Source: Candidatus Micrarchaeota archaeon
GTDB lineage: Archaea; Micrarchaeota; Micrarchaeia; Norongarragalinales; Norongarragalinaceae
NCBI GenBank assembly: GCA_013360305.1
Contig: JABWCK010000001.1
Coordinates: forward strand, 17,209 to 81,208
Direction of reading: 5' to 3'
DNA: 64,000 nucleotides
The notes under the pieces were generated by a model that was not told the DNA's origin, searched no databases, and saw only the letters and a program-made list of their open reading frames with translations. Shown here piece after piece: positions 55,907 to 64,000 of the stretch. Within the stretch, counting starts at the first letter, position 1. Every line of letters starts with the position of its first letter. Position numbers and translations under genes: made by a program.

Positions 55907-56844
55907 GTTTTTATTAAGGAGTAAAACTTTTTCTTTGTTTCTTCTGTAACTTTGACTAGTACTACTCCCCTGTTCGGTTGACCGTAAACAACAACGCTTT
56001 CTAAAGGAGAAATCAAGACTGCCGGAATAACTGCTAAATCTTCTTCCCCGTCTACTTTAACGACCCCGCCGTTGACGATTGCTTTTTGAAGTGCTTTGAC
56101 TAATGATGGAGTAATAGTTCCGGCTGGGTTTTCTGCGTAAAGCAAGCTTTTTACCGAGTGCTTGAATTCCTTCCTCTTATTTTTGAAGTCGATTACTGCT
56201 GCTTTAGCAATGTTTTTCAAGTTCTTGAAGACAACATCTCCTACTAGTACGACGAGTGTTGGTTTTAACTCTTTAATTCTTTCCTTTGCGCGACTAGTTT
56301 CGACTAGTTCTCCCCATGGTTTTTTGAATTTCTTCAAGTCAGCAGAACTAAAACGAATTTTTTTGACTAGTTTTTTAGCATAAACTACTCCACTTCGGTC
56401 TTCTTTTCCTAACCTGATTCTTGAAGACGAAATATGTTTCCCGTCCTGTCCTTTTACTAGTTTTACTTTAATTATTCTTGCCTTCGTTAATCCTTTTTCA
56501 AAACGTTCTTTGTTAATCAACTTAGCGCCTTCCAGTGTAGAAGACGTGCAAATAATTGCTTCTACTTTGTTGTTAATGACTGCTGGCCCGAAAGAATCGT
56601 TTAGTTTGACTATTCTCGTTCTACTCAACCAATTGTTTTTTTTCAAAAATTCCCTTAAGTCGACCAAACGCTTTGAATAAGGTTTGATTATCTTAGACAA
56701 CCGCTTGTTTTTGACTATAGCGTCACTAGTCAATCCAATAATGACTTTATCACTAGCTGCGAAAGCGTTACGTAATAGAAACTCGTGTCCCTTATGCAAT
56801 CTGTCAAAAGTTCCTCCAGTAGCAACTAGCTTGTAGTGGGTCAT
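55903..56844 (-). CDS. Bifunctional CoA-biosynthesis protein: N-terminal cytidylyltransferase-fold phosphopantetheine adenylyltransferase fused to a DUF359-type (GTP-dependent) dephospho-CoA kinase domain
   Basis: N-terminal VATGGTFDRLHKGHEFLL (nucleotidyltransferase (H/T)xGH motif); C-terminal LVVLVGDVV...GEEDLAVIPAVL resembles DUF359; 313 aa. Confidence 0.5.
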   Translation of the reverse strand: MTHYKLVATGGTFDRLHKGHEFLLRNAFAASDKVIIGLTSDAIVKNKRLSKIIKPYSKRLVDLREFLKKNNWLSRTRIVKLNDSFGPAVINNKVEAIICTSSTLEGAKLINKERFEKGLTKARIIKVKLVKGQDGKHISSSRIRLGKEDRSGVVYAKKLVKKIRFSSADLKKFKKPWGELVETSRAKERIKELKPTLVVLVGDVVFKNLKNIAKAAVIDFKNKRKEFKHSVKSLLYAENPAGTITPSLVKALQKAIVNGGVVKVDGEEDLAVIPAVLISPLESVVVYGQPNRGVVLVKVTEETKKKFYSLIKT

Positions 56845-57050
56845 AACATGAATTTTTTTTTACTTCAATTAAAAACATTAACTACGTCGCCAAACAACGA
56901 TTTTTTGGTAAAGCTTTTTGTAGCGACAAAAAGGTTTATGGGGTCGCCGAGATTCGCAACCAACTTTTCTTTTAAGAAAAGAAAAATTGACTAAAGAAAA
57001 ATAGGGGGGGGTAGGGTCCATCAGTGTAGGGGTCTCCCCTGTGGTGATGA

Positions 57051-57123
57051 TGGGGTCGCCGAGATTTGAACTCGGATCGCCAGATCCCGAATCTGGTAGT
57101 CTACCAGGTTATCCTACGACCCC
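57051..57123 (-). tRNA. tRNA-Pro (CGG)
   Basis: Minus strand GGGGTCG-TA-GGAT...-CCAGA-TTCGGGA-TCTGG-CGAT-CCGAG-TTCAAAT-CTCGG-CGACCCC-A; acceptor, anticodon and T arms pair perfectly; the D arm is irregular by my hand-fold. Confidence 0.6.
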
Positions 57124-57253
57124 AAACTTTTTTCTAAAAAGTTTGACCAAAAAACTGAAAACTAGTGAGAATTACAATAGTGGAAGGCGTGGTTTTTATA
57201 TTCGTGTTAATCGTTATTTTTCCTAACCCATTTTTCAGAGAGAGTATTATAGT

Positions 57254-57583
57254 GTGATTGCCGGTATTGGAAAAAGCTTGAAGTCGCTCCCGAGAATTAT
57301 TAGCGTCAGCAGGCGTGAAACGAGCTTAATGGATTATAAGAGGCCTGACTGGATTGACGGCCGCAGCATGAGTGAATTTAGTTCTTTAATGACTGATTAT
57401 GAAATCAAATTGTTAGTCGTATGGGCGCTAATTTCTCCTCTAGCGGCTTTAGCCTTCGTTATTTGGACTAAGTACGACAAGCTCAAGTGGATTGCTTTGC
57501 CTTTATTCGTGGTAAGTATTTTCCAATTCATTGGCCATTGGGGAGGGTTTTTCTGGGTATTCGAACGCTTCTTTAACCCTTAG
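57254..57583 (+). CDS. Hypothetical small membrane protein (109 aa)
   Basis: Two or three hydrophobic helices (LLVVWALISPLAALAFVIW; WIALPLFVVSIFQFIGHW). Confidence 0.35.
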   Translation: MIAGIGKSLKSLPRIISVSRRETSLMDYKRPDWIDGRSMSEFSSLMTDYEIKLLVVWALISPLAALAFVIWTKYDKLKWIALPLFVVSIFQFIGHWGGFFWVFERFFNP

Positions 57584-57628
57584 AAAAGCAATAAATTCTC
57601 TTCCAAACCCTATTTTTATCTATATTGT

Positions 57629-57744
57629 GGGTCCGTAGCTCAGCCTGGATAGAGCAATTGCCTTCTAAACTTTTTTGTTAAAAAGTTTAATCAAAAAAGC
57701 ATGAGGAAAGCAAGAGGTCGGGGGTCCGAATCCCCCCGGACCCG
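57629..57744 (+). tRNA. tRNA-Arg (TCT) with a ~41-nt intron at position 37/38
   Basis: GGGTCCG-TA-GCTC-AGCCTGGATA-GAGC-A-ATTGC-CTTCTA[intron]A-GCAAG-AGGTC-GGGGG-TCCGAAT-CCCCC-CGGACCC-G; upstream TTTTTATCTATAT TATA-like box; downstream oligo-T (TTTTATTTTATT). Confidence 0.7.
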
Positions 57745-57746
57745 TT

Positions 57747-58370
57747 TTATTTTATTGAGTAATAGTATCTTTCTTCTGTTATTTTCAGTTTTTCTTCTTT
57801 GGCTAGTTGTTTTATTTCTTCTTCAAATTCTTTTCCAATTGGGACGCGCATACCGTTTCTTACTTTTGTTTTATATATTTTTAGTCCAATTTTTTTTTCA
57901 CGAGCTAATTCTAATGCATACTTTAACGCGTGTTTTTTCCAGTCCTTATACGTTTCGTGCAAATATGGGTCTAGCTTGATTTTACCGCTTAGTTTGTAGT
58001 GTGATTGTGCTTCCGCTACTTCAAGAAAACCATGTCTGACGTCTAATACCATTGTTCCTATTGCTCTGGGGTTTTCTTGAGCATGCCCTTCCATCATTGT
58101 TCCTTTTGAAGCGTTTTCAAATGCCTTGAAGTCTAAGGGGTGAGGAAAAGCAATAATTGTTGTTCTGGGAAATCCTTCTGCCTCTTGCATTGTGGGCAAA
58201 TAGTTCCTCACTAATACCATTCGTCCAGCTAATCCGTGTGGTGTTTTTTCTAGTATTTTTTTTGTTTTAATTCCGTCATATTTTATTATTTCTTCTGGAC
58301 TTTTCCATGCTAGTTGTGCTAATCTAAAAGTATAACGGTCGAATTGTCTTTCTGAATTCGGATTGGCCAT
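57747..58370 (-). CDS. Hypothetical protein (207 aa)
   Basis: Intact ORF; no motif recognised. Confidence 0.4.
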   Translation of the reverse strand: MANPNSERQFDRYTFRLAQLAWKSPEEIIKYDGIKTKKILEKTPHGLAGRMVLVRNYLPTMQEAEGFPRTTIIAFPHPLDFKAFENASKGTMMEGHAQENPRAIGTMVLDVRHGFLEVAEAQSHYKLSGKIKLDPYLHETYKDWKKHALKYALELAREKKIGLKIYKTKVRNGMRVPIGKEFEEEIKQLAKEEKLKITEERYYYSIK

Positions 58371-58947
58371 TTATTTTTCACGAGTTTCTTGTAAATATTT
58401 GTTTTTATTCTTGTTTTGTTTTATCTTTTCGATGGAAAAGTTTGGTTTAAAGGATTCGTTTACTCTAGCTAATGCTGCTATGGGTGTAATGGCTATAGTT
58501 TTCTATTCTTTCGGTTACTTGGCGTCATTCTTGTTCTTACTAGCAGCTATGCTTTTCGACTTTTTGGACGGTTATCACGCGAGGTCTTCGAAGACGAGCA
58601 ACGCGTTTGGAAAACAATTAGATTCGCTGGCTGACGCGATTAGTTTCGTTACTGCTCCGGCTTTAGTAGTATTGTTTTCAGTTACTCGAGGGTTGTACGA
58701 CGTGTCTTTAGTTTTATTCGCTTTAGTGTCTGTATTAGTGTTCGTAATGGCTGGGTTGACTAGGCTAGCTAAATTCAACTTGCAAAAAGAGAAAGGTGTT
58801 TACTATGGCTTGCCAACGCCTTACGCTGCATTGTTTTTAATGGGTTTGATGCCTTTCTTGAATTATAATTTGTATGCTGTCAGTTTGGTTTCAGTAGTCT
58901 TAGCGGGTTTAATGCTTTCTCCTTTGAAGGCTAGGAAATTATTCTAG
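58363..58947 (+). CDS. CDP-alcohol phosphatidyltransferase (archaeal polar-lipid head-group transferase)
   Basis: DFLDGYHARSSKTSNAFGKQLDSLADAISF = D-G-x2-A-R-x8-G-x3-D-x3-D signature; multiple TM helices; 194 aa. Confidence 0.75.
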   Translation: MAIYFSRVSCKYLFLFLFCFIFSMEKFGLKDSFTLANAAMGVMAIVFYSFGYLASFLFLLAAMLFDFLDGYHARSSKTSNAFGKQLDSLADAISFVTAPALVVLFSVTRGLYDVSLVLFALVSVLVFVMAGLTRLAKFNLQKEKGVYYGLPTPYAALFLMGLMPFLNYNLYAVSLVSVVLAGLMLSPLKARKLF

Positions 58948-59337
58948 TGCTTTTTCTAGTGCTTGTTTTTCTTCTTTGAAAAACAATTTTTGTAAAGCTT
59001 GTTTTGGCTCGAACCACTTGCAGCCAATAATTCCTTCACTTATCGCTTCGCTTGGCGTGGCGGGTTCTTGAGTGGTTTTCATTACGTAAGTAGTTATTTT
59101 TTGAGGCACGTTTCTTGAAACTTCGTAGTAAAAAACTTTTTTAGGTTCAATTATTTCAGTTATTCCTGTTTCTTCTTTTAATTCTCGTTTTAAGGTTTCT
59201 AAATCGTTTTCTCCTTCTTCAATTCCGCCTTTAGGCAAGCGCCAGTATTTTTTAGTTGAAAACAAGTCTTTTTTTTGAATCAATAAAACGCGTTCATTTT
59301 TGAATACTATTGCTTGAATTCGCTTGTTAGTCCTCAT
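58939..59337 (-). CDS. NUDIX hydrolase
   Basis: Nudix box LPKGGIEEGENDLETLKRELKEETGI; 132 aa. Confidence 0.75.
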   Translation of the reverse strand: MRTNKRIQAIVFKNERVLLIQKKDLFSTKKYWRLPKGGIEEGENDLETLKRELKEETGITEIIEPKKVFYYEVSRNVPQKITTYVMKTTQEPATPSEAISEGIIGCKWFEPKQALQKLFFKEEKQALEKALE

Positions 59338-59987
59338 TTTACCAACTCTATAATATTGCCGCGGCCCTTCTTGTATTTCCTAACTAATCCTTTTTGGGAT
59401 AGTACTTCCAACTCCATGCTTACTCTAGCTTCAGAGAAAGAGACTTGTTTTCTCAAATCCGTTTGAGTAGTCGTTCCGCCAAGCTTTTTGATTTCAGAAA
59501 CTAGCGTTTCCTGCACGTCGTTCAAACTATTCGTTTCGGTTTTTGGTTTTTTATTGTATAAGAAGTATCCGATTAAGGTTATGGCGACTAGTATTATTCC
59601 TATTGCGAGCAAGTTGTTTTCAGGCAAGCTGAATGCGTTTTCTTCGTCTGGCGTTAACTCCACGTCCCCATCAAAAGGCGAAACGCTGGTGTCAATCGCG
59701 AATGATAAGAACAACAAGTCAATATTGAATTCCCCATTAGTGTTTACTTTAATTGCTTCGCTTTCAGTATTGACGTTGTTTTTAGTCATAGTAATCACGT
59801 ATGTTCCTTGACTAACTTCGAAAGAATAGTTTCCGTCTTTGGATACGAGTGTTTGTTGGGGCGTAGTATTGATTTCCAGTACTACGTTTTCTAACTTGTT
59901 TAAATTAGAGTCGTAAACGCTTCCGCTTATGATTGCGGCATTAATCATTGCAGAAGCAATTAAAATTAGGAGTAATTCTTTTTTCAC
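59334..59987 (-). CDS. Membrane-anchored protein: signal/TM, extracellular beta-sandwich-like domain, TM helix, cytoplasmic C-terminal winged-helix
   Basis: N-terminus MKKELLLILIASAMINAAIISGS; internal TM LLAIGIILVAITLIGYFLY; C-terminal GTTTQTDLRKQVSFSEARVSMELEVLSQKGLVRKYKKGRGNIIELVK (wHTH-like). Confidence 0.4.
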   Translation of the reverse strand: MKKELLLILIASAMINAAIISGSVYDSNLNKLENVVLEINTTPQQTLVSKDGNYSFEVSQGTYVITMTKNNVNTESEAIKVNTNGEFNIDLLFLSFAIDTSVSPFDGDVELTPDEENAFSLPENNLLAIGIILVAITLIGYFLYNKKPKTETNSLNDVQETLVSEIKKLGGTTTQTDLRKQVSFSEARVSMELEVLSQKGLVRKYKKGRGNIIELVK

Positions 59988-60169
59988 TAGTAATACTTTT
60001 TTTGAACGCGTTATTAAAGCGATTGTTTTTTTGAGGCTTCCTGAAGCTTTGTTTGGTCTAAAACGCTTTTTTGAAGCTTTAAATAAAGCTTTTCTTAAAG
60101 AATGTTTTTAAAGAAAGTTTTTTTAGTTATGTTCTAAGTTTTTTTCTCAAAAAGAGGTGTTGAAATAAA

Positions 60170-61150
60170 ATGAAGTTGTTTTCAAGCATGGTTTTCGCAT
60201 TGTTTGCGATTGGAATGCTTTCTCCGTTTGTTTTAGCAGACGATTCTGCAAGTGTTGAAGCAAGCGTTACTGCTAAGGGTCGTTTGTTGGATGTATTAAA
60301 AGAAAGGCGTGATAACGCGGTTAAAATCTTAGAACAAAGAAAGCAAGAGTTACGTACTGCTATTGCAGTAAGAACTGGCGTTGATAATGTTAAGGAACGA
60401 GTTCGCGAGTGTGATGGCGACAAAGCGTGTTTAGCTAGAGTTAGGTTAGATGTTGTTGCTTTCATTGGAGCTCACTGGGATTCGTTCTCAAAAATATTGA
60501 TTTGGATGGAGAACCATGGTGTTCCTCAATCAGAAATTACTGCAATGAAAGAGTACTTGGCTGAAAAACGAGCTGAAATTGCTGCTGCCGAAACCAAAGA
60601 AGAAGTAAAAGCGATAATCAAGGAAGTAAACGACAAGTGGGGCGAGTATAGAACCAAGGTTTGGATGTATGTCTTGCAAGATAAGGAAGATGATGCGATT
60701 ACTAGGACTGAAATAGTTTTAGAATCAACCACTACTTTACGCGCGTCTCTAGTAAACCGTGGTTTTGATGTGACTGCTTTCGATCGCGCTGTAGCTAATG
60801 TTGAAGCCAAGTTGGATTTAGTAAAAGCAGATGATGCTGATGCACGAACTCAATGGAAGTACTTGATTGAGTTAAAGCATTCTTTAGTGGTGTTAAAGCG
60901 AGTAATTTTCAAAACGCTAAACAATCAAGAAATAACTAATGCAGACATCAAAATATTGTCTGAGGCTGAAATTCAATCGGAGTTGCCTGACCAGTTAGTA
61001 GTAGACTTGCCTTCTACTGATGCAAGCGTACAAGCTTCAGTTGAAGCTTCTGTTGCGGCTAGTGTCGCTGCTACTGCTTCGCCTACTGTTGAAGTAGAAG
61101 ATGAAAATGAAATCGAAGTAAGTATTTCAGCAAGTGTTGGAATCAACTAG
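60170..61150 (+). CDS. Secreted hypothetical protein with signal peptide and A/S/V-rich repeats
   Basis: MKLFSSMVFALFAIGMLSPFVLADD; DASVQASVEASVAASVAATASP repeats; 326 aa. Confidence 0.45.
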   Translation: MKLFSSMVFALFAIGMLSPFVLADDSASVEASVTAKGRLLDVLKERRDNAVKILEQRKQELRTAIAVRTGVDNVKERVRECDGDKACLARVRLDVVAFIGAHWDSFSKILIWMENHGVPQSEITAMKEYLAEKRAEIAAAETKEEVKAIIKEVNDKWGEYRTKVWMYVLQDKEDDAITRTEIVLESTTTLRASLVNRGFDVTAFDRAVANVEAKLDLVKADDADARTQWKYLIELKHSLVVLKRVIFKTLNNQEITNADIKILSEAEIQSELPDQLVVDLPSTDASVQASVEASVAASVAATASPTVEVEDENEIEVSISASVGIN

Positions 61151-61205
61151 TTTTCTTCCCTTTTTTTAAATATTGGATTCCTTGTTTCTTTGGAGGAGTG
61201 ATTGA

Positions 61206-61442
61206 ATGAAGTTATTTTTGTTATGTGCGTTGTTGGCGGGTTTTGTATTATTAGGATGCACTGCCCAGTCTAACACGAATGTTGAAGTTGGAGCAAGCGT
61301 GCAAGCGACCCCTCAAGCTACTATAGCTGATTCACAAATCAATTCACAAATTGATGCAGCAATTGAAGGCGCAGATGTTGGAGAAGAAGATTTGGGAAGC
61401 GAAGTAGTCGTTACTGACGACCAATTAAACGCCTACAACTAA
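61206..61442 (+). CDS. Small secreted/lipoprotein-like protein (78 aa)
   Basis: MKLFLLCALLAGFVLLGCTAQ (lipobox-like LLGC); acidic remainder. Confidence 0.3.
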   Translation: MKLFLLCALLAGFVLLGCTAQSNTNVEVGASVQATPQATIADSQINSQIDAAIEGADVGEEDLGSEVVVTDDQLNAYN

Positions 61443-61457
61443 AACCCTTCTTTTTTT

Positions 61458-62672
61458 TTATTTTTGTAGTTTTACCGATTTTTCGAAGTTCATTGATATT
61501 GCGCCTTCAATGACTGATTCTTTGTTGGTTTTCAAGTACGGCCATAGTTTGCTTCTGGACAACAAGCGCGTTCGTTCTTCTAGTTCGCAATTATTGCCGA
61601 TTAATGCGTAATCGTCTATTCTGGCGTGTTTTCCAATGATCGAGTCGTGGTCTATTACTGCGTCGCGAATTTGAACGTCTTCTTTTATTATGCAGTTTTC
61701 GAAAACAATGCTGCCTGAAATCATGCTTTTCTTTCCTACTTTGCAGTTCTTCATTAAATGAGTATATGGTCCAATGATTGATTCTTCTTCAATCACGCAG
61801 CCTTCTTCTATGATTACTGGTCCTTTAATGATTGTTCCTGGTTTTACTTCTGCGCCTTCAGCAATGCTTATTCCTGCACCTGAAGTAATTCCTTTGTTTT
61901 TGCTGGTATTCTTGTCTCGAACGATTAAATTCATAGCTAGCTTGTTTGTTTCAATATATGTTTCGGCAGTTCCAATATCTCCCCACAAGCCTTGGAAAAC
62001 TACTCCTTGCAATGGTATTTTTTGAACGTAATGCTGCCACAAGTCTCCGGGCTTGTCTGGTTTTTCTCCTTTGGATTTTTTTTCTTTAACGTATTCCGGC
62101 AAGTGCTTGTTTACGAATTCTTGAGAAAAACGATAAATCAAGGTGGATGCCAAGTTGGATTTAGCTTCTTCTACTCGTGGTTTTTCTTGGAATGAAGTTA
62201 TTTTTCCTTTACTGTCGACGACTGCTATTCCGAATTGTTCGACTAAGTTTATGTTGTTTAGCGTGTACAAAGCAATGCTGGCGTGGTGGTCGTGCTTCAT
62301 TTTCTTCAAGTCAAGTCCGTAGACAAAATTGTCTCCTCCGAGGATTAAACATTCTTCTTTGACTTTCATTTTTTCAATAACGTAATTAATCGCTCCCAAC
62401 CCGCCTAGTTTGTTGGAGTCGCTAGTGGTTTCTTCGTAGCAGTATGCAATGTTTACTCCAAACTTGTTTCCGTTTCCGAAGAATGACTCGATGTTCTTCT
62501 GGTTCGTGTTTAGCCCAATGATTATTTCAGTAATTCCTGCTTGCTTCAGCATTTCGATTAAGTATTGAATTACTGGCTTGCCTGCTACTGGGAGCAGTGC
62601 TTTAGGCCTTAAAATGCTGATTGGGAATAATCTAGTAGCGTAACCGCCTGTCAACAAAATTGCTTTCTTCAT
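61458..62672 (-). CDS. Bifunctional sugar-1-phosphate nucleotidyltransferase with C-terminal left-handed beta-helix acetyltransferase-like domain (GlmU/RmlA-like)
   Basis: N-terminal LLTGGYATRLFPISILRPKALLPVAGKPVIQY (G-x-G-T-R nucleotidyltransferase motif); C-terminal hexapeptide repeats; 404 aa. Confidence 0.7.
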   Translation of the reverse strand: MKKAILLTGGYATRLFPISILRPKALLPVAGKPVIQYLIEMLKQAGITEIIIGLNTNQKNIESFFGNGNKFGVNIAYCYEETTSDSNKLGGLGAINYVIEKMKVKEECLILGGDNFVYGLDLKKMKHDHHASIALYTLNNINLVEQFGIAVVDSKGKITSFQEKPRVEEAKSNLASTLIYRFSQEFVNKHLPEYVKEKKSKGEKPDKPGDLWQHYVQKIPLQGVVFQGLWGDIGTAETYIETNKLAMNLIVRDKNTSKNKGITSGAGISIAEGAEVKPGTIIKGPVIIEEGCVIEEESIIGPYTHLMKNCKVGKKSMISGSIVFENCIIKEDVQIRDAVIDHDSIIGKHARIDDYALIGNNCELEERTRLLSRSKLWPYLKTNKESVIEGAISMNFEKSVKLQK

Positions 62673-63628
62673 TTCATCACCATGTGTTTCAATATTGATT
62701 CGTCGTGTATTCCTTCAATAAAGCGAATCGTTTTGGAAGAACAACGCATTACTACTGAGTGAGTAATTATTTTTTGTCCTGTAAAACGAACTCCTTTCAA
62801 AACAGTTCCGTTAGTTACTCCTGTAGCAACAAAAGACGCTTCACTAGTTTTGCACAAGTCGTTCAATTCTAGCTTGTCGAATCTAGCGTTCATTTTTTCA
62901 GCTTTTTTTCTTTGAGCATCGTTAGCAAAAAACAATTTTCCTTGAATGTTTCCATTCAAGCACTTTAATGCAGTTGCAGTCAACACTGCTTCAGTAGTGG
63001 CACCAATTCCCATTAAAGCATCTACTTCGTAATCAGGCAAAGCTGCAGCAATCGCTTCCCAAGTATCGCAATTCATTATTAGTTTAGTCCTAGCGCCTGC
63101 TGCGCGTATTTTCTTGATTTTTTCCTTATTGCGTTCTCTATCGAGTAATGCAATGTTTAACTCGCTTTTTTTCTTTCCCAAGCAATCCGCAATGATTCGA
63201 ATGTTTTCTTCCACTTCGTTGTCTAAATCTATTTTTTTCCCTACTTCAGACCCGACTGCTATAGAGTCAATGTACCCGTCTGGAGCGTGCATGAATGCGT
63301 TTTTAGGACCTAAAGCAATCATGCTTGATGCGCCGTATCCTCCTTCGGCAGCTGGGTCAGTTCCGTCTAATGGGTCGACTGCTATTTCTAATTCTATTCC
63401 TTTTCCGGTGCCTATTTTTTCTCCAATAAACAACATTGGCGCTTCATCTTTTTCGCCCTCGCCGATTATTACTTTCCCGTTAAATTCGAGAGCATTCAAC
63501 CTGCTTCTTAATTGCTTTACTGCGACGTCATCTGCCTTGTGCTTATCGCCTCGGCCTACTTGCAGTGATGAAGCAATAGCTGCGCTTTCAGTAGCTCGAA
63601 CAAACTCGAGTGCTAGGTTTCTATCCAT
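62669..63628 (-). CDS. glpX: Fructose-1,6-bisphosphatase class II (GlpX)
   Basis: MDRNLALEFVRATESAAIASSLQVGRGDKHKADDVAVKQLR...IIGEGEKDEAPMLFIGEKIGTG...IAVDPLDGT matches GlpX closely; start taken at Met 63628, immediately after the upstream aldolase stop. Confidence 0.85.
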   Translation of the reverse strand: MDRNLALEFVRATESAAIASSLQVGRGDKHKADDVAVKQLRSRLNALEFNGKVIIGEGEKDEAPMLFIGEKIGTGKGIELEIAVDPLDGTDPAAEGGYGASSMIALGPKNAFMHAPDGYIDSIAVGSEVGKKIDLDNEVEENIRIIADCLGKKKSELNIALLDRERNKEKIKKIRAAGARTKLIMNCDTWEAIAAALPDYEVDALMGIGATTEAVLTATALKCLNGNIQGKLFFANDAQRKKAEKMNARFDKLELNDLCKTSEASFVATGVTNGTVLKGVRFTGQKIITHSVVMRCSSKTIRFIEGIHDESILKHMVMK

Positions 63629-64000
63629 GTTTTTTGCTCCATTGTTTAACGAATTCCAAGTAATTACTGCAAACCAAGTCAACTGCTTGTTTTCTAGTCA
63701 TTTTTCCTTCATTGAATCCTTTAATAGCGTCCCAGAAAATCGTTCGACCAACCGCGAATCCGACAACGCCTTTTGTTTCAGCTCCAATCTCGACCCATTT
63801 TAATGCTGCTTCCTTGTTTTGGCCTCGTCCTAGAATAACGATTCCCTCGCATTTCTTTTGCTTAGTCTGCAAAACGAGTTTTTCCGCGTCTTTCTTAGAG
63901 TTAACTCCTTCAAGCTTCCAAACATCTGGTTCAATGCCTGATTTTTGAAGTTGTGAAATCGCTTCAACCATTAATTTTGGGCGAATTTTTTCATCGTAGT
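63621..64000 (-). CDS. Class I fructose-bisphosphate aldolase (DhnA/FbaB-type), C-terminal part; gene continues beyond the window end
   Basis: VILGRGQNKEAALKWVEIGAETKGVVGFAVGRTIFW resembles the DhnA-aldolase C-terminus; reading frame stays open upstream of the first Met to nt 64000. Confidence 0.5.
   Translation of the reverse strand, partial: YDEKIRPKLMVEAISQLQKSGIEPDVWKLEGVNSKKDAEKLVLQTKQKKCEGIVILGRGQNKEAALKWVEIGAETKGVVGFAVGRTIFWDAIKGFNEGKMTRKQAVDLVCSNYLEFVKQWSKKHG

Noticed and set aside
63114-63803. 229-aa plus-strand ORF
   Set aside because: Antisense to GlpX and the aldolase C-terminus, both with strong family signatures.
1-64000. CRISPR arrays, rRNA genes, transposases/IS elements, integrases
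   Set aside because: No regularly spaced 25-40-nt direct repeats with unique spacers, no 16S/23S/5S-like conserved stretches, and no DDE/tyrosine-recombinase motifs were found in any ORF. The only mobile-type elements seen are the SufB intein and the free-standing LAGLIDADG gene.

Overview
AT-rich chromosomal segment that is clearly archaeal. The evidence is an archaeal histone, TFE, RadA, aTrm56, archaeal-type iPGM, NurA-HerA-Mre11-Rad50, GAN/RecJ, and two tRNAs carrying canonical 37/38 introns. A reduced, DPANN-like symbiont is only an inference, based on small genes, giant glycosylated surface proteins and AT bias.

Core content:
- (a) Two giant secreted adhesin-like proteins at the 5' end.
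- (b) A KaiC-like ATPase + V4R pair.
- (c) A complete bacterial-style suf operon (HxlR-sufC-sufB-sufD-sufS-sufU) in which SufB is interrupted by a LAGLIDADG intein.
- (d) A free-standing LAGLIDADG endonuclease abutting tRNA-Cys.
- (e) Glycolytic eno-apgM and glpX-aldolase pairs.
- (f) The DNA-repair block nurA-herA-(HAD)-mre11-rad50 plus radA, tag, Lhr helicase, Nre and GAN.
- (g) Five tRNAs.

The most striking feature is a compact eukaryote-like ubiquitylation toolkit between ~32.1 and 36.6 kb. It comprises a bona fide ubiquitin homologue with a GG-SA C-terminus, a UBC-fold E2 with the HPN...C motif, a ThiF-type E1, a JAMM/MPN+ (Rpn11-like) metalloprotease and a C4HC3 RING/PHD-like zinc-finger protein. 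These are interleaved with a CorA transporter and small unknown ORFs. A second E1-like ThiF protein sits beside the suf operon.

No CRISPR arrays, rRNA genes or transposases were seen. All calls come from reading motifs in the supplied translations and sequence; no database searches were run.
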